Assembly (NCBI RefSeq): GCF_006345805.1
Contig: NW_021834279.1
Location: 1-50,240, forward strand
Length of the DNA stretch: 50,240 nt
Direction: 5' to 3'
Origin: Octopus sinensis
Taxonomy: Eukaryota
Below the pieces are notes generated by a model that saw only the letters and a list, made by a program, of their open reading frames with translations, ran no database searches and was not told where the DNA came from. The position numbers and the translations under genes are program-made. The first letter of the stretch is position 1. Each line of letters starts with the position of its first letter. Below are positions 25,346-37,300 of this stretch, piece after piece.

Positions 25346-25525
25346 TTCCACCTTGTTTCACATTTATGTGTTTTCTCCGGTATATATATATATATATATA
25401 TCGGAGTAAACACATAAATGTGAAACAAGGTGGAAAAAAGAGTACTCAAAATCCAGTGGTAGAATAATATGCTTTATTCAAAGCAGCAGAAAATTTTTGT
25501 TGAATTTTCTGCTGCTTTAAATAAA
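25346..25525. repeat. Two consecutive fold-back inverted repeats (34-bp and 23-bp arms)
   Basis: 25346-25379/25402-25435 around (TA)n, and 25473-25495/25503-25525. One mismatch each. Confidence 0.9.
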
Positions 25526-25543
25526 GTATAAATATATATATAT

Positions 25544-25580
<37 letters not shown>

Positions 25581-25729
25581 TATACATATATACATATATA
25601 CACAGACACACAAGACCATGGGATTGTACCTAGAAAGTTCCCCTTCGAGGCACTTATCAAGCAAAGTTGTTTCTGGAAGACGCCACTTATGTTATCTAGG
25701 GAAAAAGCAAAGTCTGGTACAGCTAGGGA

Positions 25730-25885
25730 TCAGGACGTCGGAACTTAATTCTGCAGCCGAGCGAACTGGACCAACTTGAAATAAAGTATCTTGCTCAAGA
25801 ACACACCACACAACTTGGTCCAGGAATCGAACTGACTACCTCATGATTGTGAGCCCGCTCTAACCACTGATGCATGTACTTTCAC
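25730..25885 (-). mobile_element. Degraded tRNA-derived SINE (family D)
   Basis: Minus strand: cagtggttagagc...gttcgattcctggacc...gtgttcttgagcaagatactttatttc (A/B boxes plus CORE-like segment). Confidence 0.55.
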
Positions 25886-25989
25886 CTGTGTGTGTTAATG
25901 TAGTGCCCCGACAGCTCTATCGTACTCCATTTAATTTCGTATGAGATTCCATTATCCTTAAGCCACCATGCATAGTTACCCAAGGACGT

Positions 25990-26560
25990 GACGCACCGCT
26001 TTTCCGGGATCCTGAAAGAGGACCTGTGGTTGTACAGGCGCTGCTAAACGGAGTTCCGGTTGACCCGATTTATCTCCGTGTGGAATAATACTACTTATTC
26101 GCAATGAGAGAAGGAAATAGAAAATGTGTTCTGAAAGATGCCTGCATGATTTCAAACAGATCAGCATGAAGCAGCCGATGTTTGTTCGTTTTTACTGTAA
26201 AAAGACAGAGAAGAAAAGCAGTAACAGCTAAAACTGCAAATGTATTGCCAATATGAATTTGAAAACCGGTTCTTGGAATATTCGCACCTTATTCAGGGAA
26301 TAAAACAGACAGTAAAGACGGGCAGCTCTTTTAGCAGAGGAGTTGAGGAGATATGACATTTACTTTACCGAAGTAATTGCAGACTATACAATCCTTTGGA
26401 AAGGGAAACCAGAGAATGAGAAGAGAGATATGATGTGGATTTGTTATATAGACCAACTTAGTTGAGAAGCTTCAAGAACTACCTTTTGACACTTCAAACA
26501 GAATAATAAACCTTCGACTATCATTGGATAAAGATGTGCTAACTCGATGTACAAGACTTG
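25990..26560 (+). mobile_element. Decayed RTE (BovB-like) LINE 5' fragment, AP endonuclease
   Basis: MNLKTGSWNIRTL...AALLAEELRRYDI...YTILWKGKPENEKRD...NLVEKLQELP...RIINLRLSL matches the RTE APE N-terminus. Confidence 0.7.
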
Positions 26561-26689
26561 TATACTTTTATCGCATTTCGGTGTCATTTCCATTTTCTTC
26601 CCATCTTTTATGTAAAATCCCACACAAATGTTTTACTGCCCTTGCGACATCCCTTTCATCTATGCTCCTGAGGCTAAAAAAATATATCA

Positions 26690-28437
26690 TTGTTATTATT
26701 ATTATCATTCAGTAGTTTTATTTTTATAGCGTGCTTTCACTTCACTACCGAGCGCAGCTCTGTGTGCCTTGGGTATGTGCTGTGATTTATTGTGATGCTC
26801 TGATGGTTATTGTATGGAAAGTGTTCTGCGTAGGATGTGTGCAGTGCCTAGTAGTGCAATTTTCTGTATGTTATATGTGTTTGTAAGTCCTGGTGTTTTT
26901 GCTATGTATTTGTCTGAATATTTTTTTATCATGCCTAATGCACCTACTATGATAGGAATTGTTTCTGTTTTTAGATTCCAGATTCTGGTTACCTCTATTC
27001 CCAGGTCTTTGTATTTTGAAAGTTTCTCCATTTCTTTTAGAGACACGTTGTCATCAGCCGGTATTGATACATCAATTAGAAAGCATTTTTTTTCTTCATG
27101 ATCTCTGACAACTATATCTGGTCTGTTGGCCTTAATTTCTCTATCTGTGTGTATCGGCATATCCCAGAGTATGGTTGCTTTCTCGTTTTCTGTGACCTTT
27201 TCTGGTGTGTACCTATACCATCTTTCTTCTGTTGTTATTCCATAATGTTGGCATAGCTTCCAGTGTATGTAGGTTCCAACTCTGTCATGTCTGTGAATAT
27301 ATTCCTTCTTAGCCAGGACTGGGCAGCCAGAGATAATATGATTTATTGTTTCTTGTCCATCTCCACATATTCTGCAGTTACTTGTAATATTTCTTTTCAT
27401 TACATGTTTTTGGTAATTTCTGGTGGGGAGGCTTTGGTCTTGTGCTGCAATTAAAAACCCCTCTGTCTCTGCTTTGAGTCCTGAGCTTCTCAACCGTTGC
27501 TGGGATTTTTCTTTGTCTATTTCTTTTGCGTTTAGTTTAGTCCATGAAGGGGCTTTTCTTGCCATCGTTTTTCATGGTTCGTGCTGCTGTTCTGTTTTAG
27601 TTTGGATTCATTTGTTTTATAGGTTTTGTTGTTTTTCTTCTTTTCTTCTTCTTCTTCTCTTCTTCTTCTTTTCTTCTCTTCTTCTTCTTCTTCTTCTTCT
27701 TCTTCTTCTTCTTCTTCATATTTATTAGGTGGTATGATTTCTTGTTTGTATTTGTCAGCTTCCTTAAATACTGAGAACAGTTTTTTGTTTTGCTCGTGTT
27801 TTGCCGCTATTTGTATCAGTTTTCCTTCCTTCTGAAGTAGATATTTTTGAAGTCCTATGGTGGTTATTTTATAGTAGTTTTCCAGTTGTATAAGGCCTCT
27901 ACCACCTTCTATACGTTGTATATATAGTCTTTCTATGTCAGATTTTGGGTGATGCATCCTAGATCCTCTAATTATTTTTCTTGTTTTCCTATCTATTTTG
28001 GTTAGTTCATTTAGCATCCAGTTAAGGATATTGTAGCTGTAACTTATAACTGGGACGGCTAAAGTGTTAATACCTATTATCTTGTTTTTAACATTGAGCT
28101 CCGGTTTTAGTATTGATCTAACTCGTCTATAGTATTCTTTCTTTATTTTCTCTTTCATTTGTGTGTGTTGTGTCTTATTTAGTTCATGGATTCCTAAATA
28201 TTTGTAAGTCTGGCTTTGGTCTAATTCTTTTATTTCATTGGTTTTATCTAGTATGATGTTGCTACTCTTAAATAGTTTTCCTCTTTTCAGGGTTACTTTG
28301 GCGCATTTTTCTAATCCATATCTTTCATATCTATTTCTTTGGTAAATCCATGAACTGTCTTTAATAGTGTTTCCAGCTGTTTGTCATTTGCAGCGTATAG
28401 TTTTATGTCATCCATATATAAAAGGTGGCTGATCGTT
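26690..28437 (-). mobile_element. 5'-truncated R4/Dong-like non-LTR retrotransposon (RT C-terminus, CCHC, restriction-like endonuclease)
   Basis: ISHLLYMDDIKLYA (RT domain 5), then ORFs 27532-28158 and 26807-27565 with CRICG...ETINHIISGC, RHDRV, NRPDIV, IDVSIP, EK..KYKDL and IVGALG. One frameshift. 3' UTR ends in (TAA)n-like sequence. Confidence 0.92.
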
Positions 28438-28482
28438 TTGCCGTAACATTTATCCCGCATCCAGTTCTATTTAGCATATCAG

Positions 28483-28589
<107 letters not shown>

Positions 28590-28893
28590 GAATTTTGGTT
28601 TGTCATTAAAGCATTGACAGTCCAGGGTTGACTTCATGACCTGACACCGTTTCTTTATTCTTCGAATGGATATATCTATCATATTGTAGACTGATAGATT
28701 GGAAATCGCCTCTTTTTTTTGTAGCTAGATTTCCATGTATAATTGTTTGGTTATGTTATGAACTTAGTGACTAATCTGCTCCTTTTTATATTCGTTTGTG
28801 AGAAGTCACTTTATTTTTGTTTGGGACGGCGTCGCCCGTGGCATGTGTTTTATTTTCTTTTATTTTCTGTGTGTCTACGTGTTTATCGTGCAG

Positions 28894-28959
28894 GCATTAT
28901 TTATGCTGCTTATAAATATCAACATATGTACATGGATGCGTGGAGAGTTGCATGTACAG
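28894..28959 (+). CDS. Candidate 66-nt internal exon of an unidentified host gene
   Basis: tgcag| acceptor after a T-rich tract and CAG|GTAATT donor. Frame-preserving and open in two frames. No homology confirmed. Confidence 0.25.
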
Positions 28960-29235
28960 GTAATTATTCAAATTACGTACTTACTGTGTAAGAGGTGTTT
29001 TTCCAAGTTTCCTAATGCTGGTTTCGACTTGTCGCGTATGCTTCATTAATATAACATGCATTTAAGAAAGAAACTATACTTTATATGACAAAAATCTTTT
29101 CGGTTTTTTTTCTGCTTTAACAGAACTTTTCCCACAGTTATATTGCGAAGTTTTCCTTCCATCGCACCGATGTTATTGGATTGAGTTTGTTTGAGGAGAG
29201 AGCTTCTTAATGTACGTCCATGCTATTTAGCCCGG

Positions 29236-29420
29236 ACCTAATCTTCTTCTTCTTCTTCTTCTTCTCTTCTTCTTCTTCTTCTTCTTCTTCTTCTTCTTCT
29301 TCTTCTTCTTCTTCTTCTTCATCATCATCCTCATCTTCTTCTTTTTTTCTTCTTCTTCTTCTTCTTCTTCTTCTGCTTCTTCATCATCATCATCATCTTC
29401 TTCTTCTTCTTCATCATCTT

Positions 29421-29451
<31 letters not shown>

Positions 29452-29552
29452 TTATTATTATTATTATTATATTATTATTATTATTATTATATTATCATTA
29501 TTATCATCATCATATATCATCATCATCATCATCATCATCATCATTATTATTA

Positions 29553-29593
<41 letters not shown>

Positions 29594-29720
29594 TATTATT
29601 ATATATTATCATTATTATTATTATTATTATTATCATTATTATCAATCATCATCATCATCTCATCATTATATTATTATATTATCATTATTATTATTATATT
29701 ATTATCATATTATCATCATC

Positions 29721-29760
<40 letters not shown>

Positions 29761-29808
29761 TATTATTATTATTATTATTAATCATCATCATCATCATCAT
29801 CATCATTA

Positions 29809-29859
<51 letters not shown>

Positions 29860-29880
29860 CATCATCATCATCATCATCAT
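29236..29880. repeat. Compound triplet microsatellite (TCT)n-(TCA)n-(TTA)n
   Basis: Direct reading. Confidence 0.95.
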
Positions 29881-30569
29881 TGCCAGCCATCAACCAATAA
29901 CGTGAATCTCTTGAATTATTTCCCTGTTTACACTTTCTGGATATTAGTAGTCGGCTTAAAACGGATGGAGTATTCAGTCTCAGTGTCACCTACTGTGGAG
30001 AGGATGTTTCCGCGTTTGAGTAAAACGACTACTTCATTATTAATAATGTCACCTAACATCAGGACTACTGCCATCATGACCATCACCATCGACAATATAC
30101 TATGTTGTCGCCATCATTATCGTTGCTGTCAACACCATTGTCAATGAGTGTTGTATTAATTTATTTTAAATTTCCTTTCTGAAACAGAATCGTTACTTTT
30201 TTTGCTTTTCAGGATCGCTTTGAAACCTGTTGTTCCATGATGGTAACTATATTGATTTTTTTCGCGTATATGTCGAGATAAGGTGTGTGTGTATACGTGT
30301 GTGTTTCTGTGTGTCTGTACATATGTTTGTACATATGTGTGTGTGCGTGTGTATGTGTGTATATGTGCGTTTAGAAAAAAATCTAAATCATTATAGGTGA
30401 AATATATTTTCAATTATTCTTGTCTACATATGTAAACGATATTATCTTTCGTGGTTTAGGTTGAAACAGAATTCCAGTGAACCAGTCTGTGATTAAATGC
30501 AGCAAAGTAGACACGATAAGAGAAATCCACATGCGTTAGAACCAGGTAAGATCATTGCTAATAACTGAA

Positions 30570-31050
30570 ATTACATTAATACTAGGTAAAGGCTAAGTCT
30601 AGATAAGGTAGACATACATAAGAAAGCGACAATCTAGCAAAAACGTTAGCACGCCGGGCGAAACGCTTAGTAGTATTTCGTCTGCCGCTACGTTCTAAGT
30701 TCAAATTTGCCTTTCATCCTTTCGGGGTCGATTAAATAAGTACCAGTTACGCACTGGGATCGATATAATCGACTTAATCCGTTTGTCTGTCCTTGTTTGT
30801 CCTCTCTATGTTTAGCGCCTTGTGAGTAGTAAAGAAATAGGTAGACATACATAAGTTGGCCATAGATAAGCTAGGTCTAAATAGGCTCAACTTAGTTAAG
30901 TTAGACAAAGATAAACTAGATCTAGATTAGCTAAGTTTAGATAAGCTAGATCTAGATAAACTAAGTCAAGATAAGCTACGTCCACGTAAACTACGTTAGC
31001 TACATTTAGGTCTACATAATATAGGTGCAGATAAACCACTTTTAGATTAC
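30570..31050. repeat. Degenerate ~10-bp minisatellite (agataagct-like) interrupted by a SINE
   Basis: Recurrent ctagataagct/ctagataaact variants. Confidence 0.6.
30623..30838 (+). mobile_element. SINE family B with 17-bp TSD
   Basis: aggtagacatacataag at 30606-30622 and 30839-30855. Small internal deletion. Confidence 0.9.
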
Positions 31051-31538
31051 TTTAATCTAATCTAATCTTCTTTCCGATGCTTTAATCTGGTTACGAAGTT
31101 GTTCCATGACTTCTGGTGGACCTCCAAGGCTGATTAGATTGATGCATTTGATATGTGTTTGTTTATTTTTGCTTGTGGAAAAGCGGCAAACTATCCGTAT
31201 AAAAAGAACTGGAAGGAGCGGGAAAAGTGATTATGTAAATACAGATGATGAGATGAGATAGTAATAATGTGAAGTCAGAGTGAGGAGAGAGAAAGGTGTC
31301 GGTGAGTGACCGCTTGCCTATTAAATATATAAAGTCGAATTGATGATTAAAGATATATATTTAGTTGAGATATATTTAGATGCCAAAATTCGTTTTACCG
31401 AAAGCTAGACTAATTTCATTGGTCAGAAAAATACTTGGTAGCCTCATCAGTTACTCGTCATGTAGGAAAATTCACGTGTGGTGCGCATCGAAATACTATT
31501 CACAAATCTAAGACACTAATTTTGCTGAACATAAATGC

Positions 31539-31570
<32 letters not shown>

Positions 31571-31759
31571 ACTCACTCTCTCACACACACACACAGTGTG
31601 GACCTCGACCAGTTTACAATAACTATTCCTGACAACAAATTTTCATCATTCCAAACAACCCCAGAAAGTTAACTAAGCAGCCGGTAGTATCCTTTCAAGC
31701 GTGTGCTTCTACATCCCAAATGGGAAGCTGATAACACCAAATCTCACAAATATTTGACA

Positions 31760-32057
31760 TGTCACTGCGCTACGGTAGTACAGCCGAAGAACACGACCAA
31801 CAAAATAAAATCGAACACCTACCCAATAGCAACTGGCTAGCTTTTATCCTCCCCCGCAACTCATGCACAGATGCCGTATGTGCAAAAGTTGTCTTTGTGC
31901 ATTGTATAGCCTGCAAGCTCAGTCTAGAACTTAGGCGGCATGCTATAGGGGTCTACAACCATCTTCTGACAACAAGCGATCAGCATCTTAAGTGTTATAG
32001 AAAGTTAACAAGTACACTCTGCGAATCTTGGACGTTTTCTCTTTAAATTGTTCAAAA

Positions 32058-32098
<41 letters not shown>

Positions 32099-32480
32099 CT
32101 CTCTCTCCAGTCGTTAACATACATCTTTTCAAAACATTCAGTCACATTCTTACCCGCACAGCTTCCACATAGACAAATCTACTTTCCTATATCACTCACA
32201 AATAATCACTTTCTATGGAAAAATTTGGCGAAAACAATGTCATTACATCTAGCTTTGGGATTTGGTTTGCAAGATTCTTTATATGAGTTCGTGTGTTGAA
32301 GCATATTCTGTTGTGTCTGGGGAGAATCATTTTCAGAGTCAAGACTATTGAAAAGGTTGCAAGACGCAACGAAAATATTAGAACAATAAAAATAAGAAAA
32401 AAGTGGAAATTTTACCGGTGAGTGTGTTACGTTATAAGGCACAAAAAGAAAATGACTCTCCCCAGACACAACAGAATGTC
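31760..32480. mobile_element. Decayed LINE endonuclease/linker fragments in opposite orientations
   Basis: Plus strand EHDQQNKIEHLPNSNWL...RNSCTDAV... resembles an APE. Minus strand NLFNSLDSENDSPQTQ...SYKESCKPNPK resembles the APE-RT linker. ~30-bp inverted repeat at ~32305 and ~32450. Confidence 0.35.
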
Positions 32481-33060
32481 ATTACACTTCGCATTTGAAA
32501 GGCTGTGTCTGATACTAAACTCAAAAGTACCTGCTTGGGGAGGTCACATTTCTTGAGTTAGGGGTATCCAGTCATGTAGCGTGCACAGATACAGCCGTAT
32601 GTGACCAACACTTCATATCTGGTATTCTCAAAACTCATTCAAGTCGACCACTATTGTCTTTTTGTAAAATAAGGGTTTATTCGCTAATACCTCAAATAAT
32701 TCCCATGGCTGGGTAGATGATAAAATGCTTTAATTTTTCTTCAACTTCCGTCTACACATATGTCAATACAGCGTTTCTTCTATGAACGAAGACATCGAAA
32801 GAAAAAAAATCCAATGGGAACGTGATAGCATCGATTTCTTCAACAACAAAATTATCCTATCACAACTCATAACCAAGAAAGATTCTTTGATCATATAGAA
32901 CACATAAATAGAACTCTCAAAATCGTGTCGCTCGGTCTGACAGGTGAGTCTATGACATCGTGACCGTGAGTCAACACTCAAAACACTAGGCCGCACGCCA
33001 GCACGCCATCACATCGATGACAATCATATATACATATACATAATATATTATATATATATA

Positions 33061-33107
<47 letters not shown>

Positions 33108-33124
33108 TATATATACATATACAT

Positions 33125-33200
<76 letters not shown>

Positions 33201-33209
33201 TCTATACAT

Positions 33210-33297
<88 letters not shown>

Positions 33298-33409
33298 ATA
33301 TATATTGATAGAAATGTTAAGACAACAAAAGAATGAAAGAGACCTCGATATTATGTAAATAGAAGAATTTATCTGTAAATATAATATGTGATAATTATTC
33401 GGTAGTCAT

Positions 33410-33470
33410 GATAAAACTCCGAGTTTCGGATGTCGGGGCGGAAACCCACGCCGCCATCTCTTCAGTTATC
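33410..33470 (-). ncRNA. Type I hammerhead ribozyme in PLE 3' terminal region
   Basis: Minus strand: stem I gataa/ttatc, CUGAAGA, gatg/catc with inner gcgg/ccgc, extra C, GAAA, stem III ctc-g-gag, GUU cleavage site. Confidence 0.8.
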
Positions 33471-33599
33471 TGGCTATCGAAAAAATGCAACGAAAATGAC
33501 CGTTAAACAAAGGGAAATTACTGTGTGATTGTCCGTTTTTAAGAGAAAAGAGCTATTAGAATGACCGCGAGTGAAGGTAAGGGAGTAAAAAGGTTCATG

Positions 33600-33975
33600 C
33601 ACACATCTATATACGCACATGCACAAGAAAAAACAAGGCTAAAGGCAAAATACATAAAAATATATAAAGACGTATACAAAAAATAAGCAATAAGAGTAAA
33701 ACACGTCTATATACGCACATACTCATATGCATGCACACACACATGTCTATATACGCGCATATCCGCACACGTCTATATACGCACACAAAAAAGGTTCATA
33801 CACACGTCTATATACGCACAAGCACAAGTAAAAACAGGCCTAAAAGAAAAATACAGGAAAATGTGTAAAAATAGGCAATGAGTAAAGCACATCTATATAC
33901 GCACATACTCGCATACCCGCACACATCCACACGCGCGCACAAAGGATTCCATGTACACGTCTATATACGCACAGG
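33600..33975. repeat. Minisatellite acac(g/a)tctatatacgcac inside the PLE 3' UTR
   Basis: About 8 dispersed copies of the motif with variable spacers. Confidence 0.8.
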
Positions 33976-35100
33976 GGAAAATGCAGGATGGAAGGTAGAA
34001 TAGAGAAAAAATATGTGTAAAAAATATATGAGCAATAAACCTAAAAAACAATATCTCTATAAATATGTAAAATATATATAGATAAATATAAAAAAATATA
34101 AAGATATATAGGTAAAAAGTATAGACAGCGATAAAGAGCTTGTTCGTGGACACGATATAGAAAGCAAGTCCTATCTGTAATCTCGGGGGATGTAACAAAT
34201 ATTTAGCCACGTATGGGCATGATCCGAAAAGTTCAGTTCTTGAATTCAGATATGCAGCGGGGTCTAAGCTGCTTTCCTAGATGAGCCATCTTTCTATATC
34301 ACAAAGACTGCACTTTCCACTGCCGTTGGTGTAGGGCTTACACATGGCTAAGATCTTCCAATGGATGTTGTAACTGACACCTTTATCTTTTAAGGACCAT
34401 ATATGACTGGATAATTTGGTCGTTTTCCTTTTATCCCACTACCTGAAGCTCAAGGTGTGATTATTGAACCCGGCCTTGAAATTACCCTCTGTAAGGCCCA
34501 CGTATTTCGTTATCGAAACCGTGTCCTTACTGGATATAGAGTCCACGGTGATTTCATAAATGATGGTATCGGACATGCAAGCTCCATTTAGTAGGCACAA
34601 ATGTTTATCCCTGCATAAACAGCTGGTTTCGTATTGTGGTTTTTGTGTGTTGTGTGCGATTATATTTTTTAAATTAGTAGTTGAGCTGAAACTGGTTTTT
34701 AAGTTATGTCTATTGAAGAGCCTTCTGTAACTATGGCTGACTGGAAAATGTCTATCGACCAGCGCTAAGAAATACTTGCCTATATTGAAGGTCACTTCGG
34801 GTGAGTAGGGGGTATGAACCTGATAGTTTTCCTATTCCTACGTTTCCTCTTTATTAGTGGACTGGTGGCAGGTGTATAGGTTATTTCCTCGCTAAATCCA
34901 CTATCTTTTAGAGCCTTATTATATACTGAGGCAACACTATTAAAAATGTCCCTATCGGAGGAGAGGCTAGAAATTCTTTTGCTAATGTTTCTAACTAAAT
35001 TTTAAACACTATGGGGGATGGCAGGAACCCACGTTAATATAACTAAATCTATCGTTGGGTTTCCTATAAGGCTTATAAATATTCTTATTTAGATCTAAGG

Positions 35101-36600
35101 ATACAAAAAGGATACAAAAGACACCTAGATGATTGTTTCATCATATGGAAAGAATCTTATGAAAAACTTCTGGAATTCAAAACCACACTTAACAACATAC
35201 ATTCCAACATTCAGTTCACTATGGAATTCAGTAAACATCATCTCCGTTTTCTTGATCTTGTAATTATAAAAAACACCTAACAACTAAATCACAACCGACA
35301 TCTACCACAAACCTACAGACTCACAACAATACCTCCTCTTCATTTCATGCCACCCAAAACACACCAAGAAAAATATCCCCTTCATGTTAGCTAAAAGGAT
35401 TTGCACCATTGTCTCGGATCCAACAATACGCCTTCATGACCTCACAAAAACACTATTACAACGCCAAAATCCCTCCACACTCATAGACTATGGAATAAAA
35501 CGTACCAAGGAAATCGACAATAATACACTGAAAACTACCCAACACAGTAACATACTCAAACTCAAAATACTTCCATACATTTCTACCCACAGCCCCCAAA
35601 ACATCGAAGCATGCACCACAATCATACAAAACCTCCCCTTACTGTCCACAGACCCCAAAATGAATAATATTATTAATACACATAAAATGCTTAAATGCAA
35701 AGGGCAACATAAATCATTGAAAAAACTCTTAACAAATGCCAAACTTCACACACCACATCCACCCCAACAATTATTAAGTGGGCACGCCCTAACTGTGGTA
35801 CTTGTCCCTTCCTACTTCAAGGCTCTGAATTTACTTTCAAACAAGGATCAATGTTTAAAATCAAAACCTCATTTACCCTCTTACATGCGCCGGTTGCCAA
35901 CACAATTATATCGGACAAACGAGCCTTCCTTTACGCAGAAGAGTAGCAGTCCATAAAGAACAGATAAATCTCCCACAATACCGTCAAATTCCACTCAGTA
36001 GCCACATAGACTCTTACGCTAGAAATAAAAATCCCAAATTTCATATATTCCCTTTCTATCAATGTAAAGACAGAATCTCTACACAAAAAAGAATCAACAA
36101 GGAGAATCTTTTTATTGAAAAATTCCAAACGCTTCTTAATATACAAACTCCACAGTGACCTCATTCCTTTTTCTAGCATCCTGTCTTACAAAAAGTTGAT
36201 ATAAGCATCCTCTTTGACAAACAAACCAGCATTCCAATTAAAGAATATAAAATTCACAGAATTGTCTCCCCTTACTCACAGGAACTGGATAACTCCTACC
36301 CCATTTCCTATTTTGACTCATAAACATTCAACCTTTCCAAACAACACACTACACCAAAACACATGCATCCCAATCCTCCAAAGAAGTTTTTCCAAGTACT
36401 AATATTGAACTCTAAAAGCATAAAGACACTACAATGTATTGGTATACTTATTTATTAATTTTTGTATATATTTATTTTGTATATATTTATTTTTTTGAAA
36501 AAAAAACATTGTAAATTTCTTTTCTCCCCTTACTCAATTTTTTAAAAAATTTCCCTTCGAAATCTTGAAAATTTGCCTTCCCCTCGAAAGCTGGTTTGAT
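35101..36600 (+). mobile_element. 5'-truncated Penelope-like element of a second family (RT C-terminus and GIY-YIG)
   Basis: YKRHLDDCFIIW...IQFTME...FLDL...TDIYHKPTDSQQYL...SCHPKH..KNIPF.LAKRICTIVS...RPNCGTCP...CAGCQHNYIGQTSLPLRRRVAVHK...PLSSH. Frameshifted; coding region ends ~36157. Confidence 0.88.
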
Positions 36601-37163
36601 TTCTTTTTTAGTTTTTCATACACCCATTTTTATTAAAATTTACTTTCAGCTTAGCATTCTGCCTTATCATTTTCCCTCTCCTATATATATCATTATCTTC
36701 AGGACAAGGATATATATATACATTATATATATAAACAGTTTTCACATTAAATGAAAATGACCGGGGATGTTTATTCATAATGGATTTATTTGTCATCAAT
36801 GCATAATTATATAATGCGCCCTCACTCGATTTACCAACCATCCATCCGAGTACCAACAACATTAGAAAGTTATTTTTTACCAATATTAGTCTTAGAATGT
36901 CATCGTTATTTTCTTCCTTGTCTCCAGTTTCTCAATTCTATTCTTCGAAAGACTGCTTCAATGCTTCGGTGTTTTCATATGTTTCAAAAAATTTGCCTTT
37001 TGGCTCTTCAAAAACTGTTTGTTTTCACGGTGCCTAATGTGTATGTGGGTGTGTTTGTGTGTCTATGTATATGTCCCCCTCTCTCTCCCTCTCTTTTATA
37101 TTTGTAAGTAGTGTTGCATGTATCTGTTTATTTGTGTATATATATTAATTTTCTGTGTGTGTG

Positions 37164-37196
<33 letters not shown>

Positions 37197-37254
37197 GTGT
37201 ACATATTTGTGTATATATGTTAATTTTCTGTACATATTTATATATATATATATA

Positions 37255-37300
<46 letters not shown>

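Larger units (their letters stand above)
33296..35100 (-). mobile_element. 5'-truncated Penelope-like element (RT thumb, GIY-YIG endonuclease, 3' terminal region with HHR)
   Basis: LDLNKNIYKPYRKPND...SCHPP...RISSLSSD...FNIGKYFLALVDRHFP...CLCRDKHLCLLNG.C...IIYE...KYVGLTEGNFKAGFNNH..SF...LSSHIWSLK...CSLCDIE...LNSRTEL. Confidence 0.9.

Noticed and set aside
30460-30545. 86-nt segment with strong splice sites (tttag| ... CAG|GTAAGA)
   Set aside because: Stops in all three frames. It could only be a non-coding exon, and nothing else supports it.
31395-31460. Minus-strand CTGATGA near 31444
   Set aside because: No GAAA following a closable stem II.
36630-36710. Minus-strand CTGAAGA...GAAA in the 3' region of the plus-strand PLE
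   Set aside because: Wrong strand for the element and no consistent stems.
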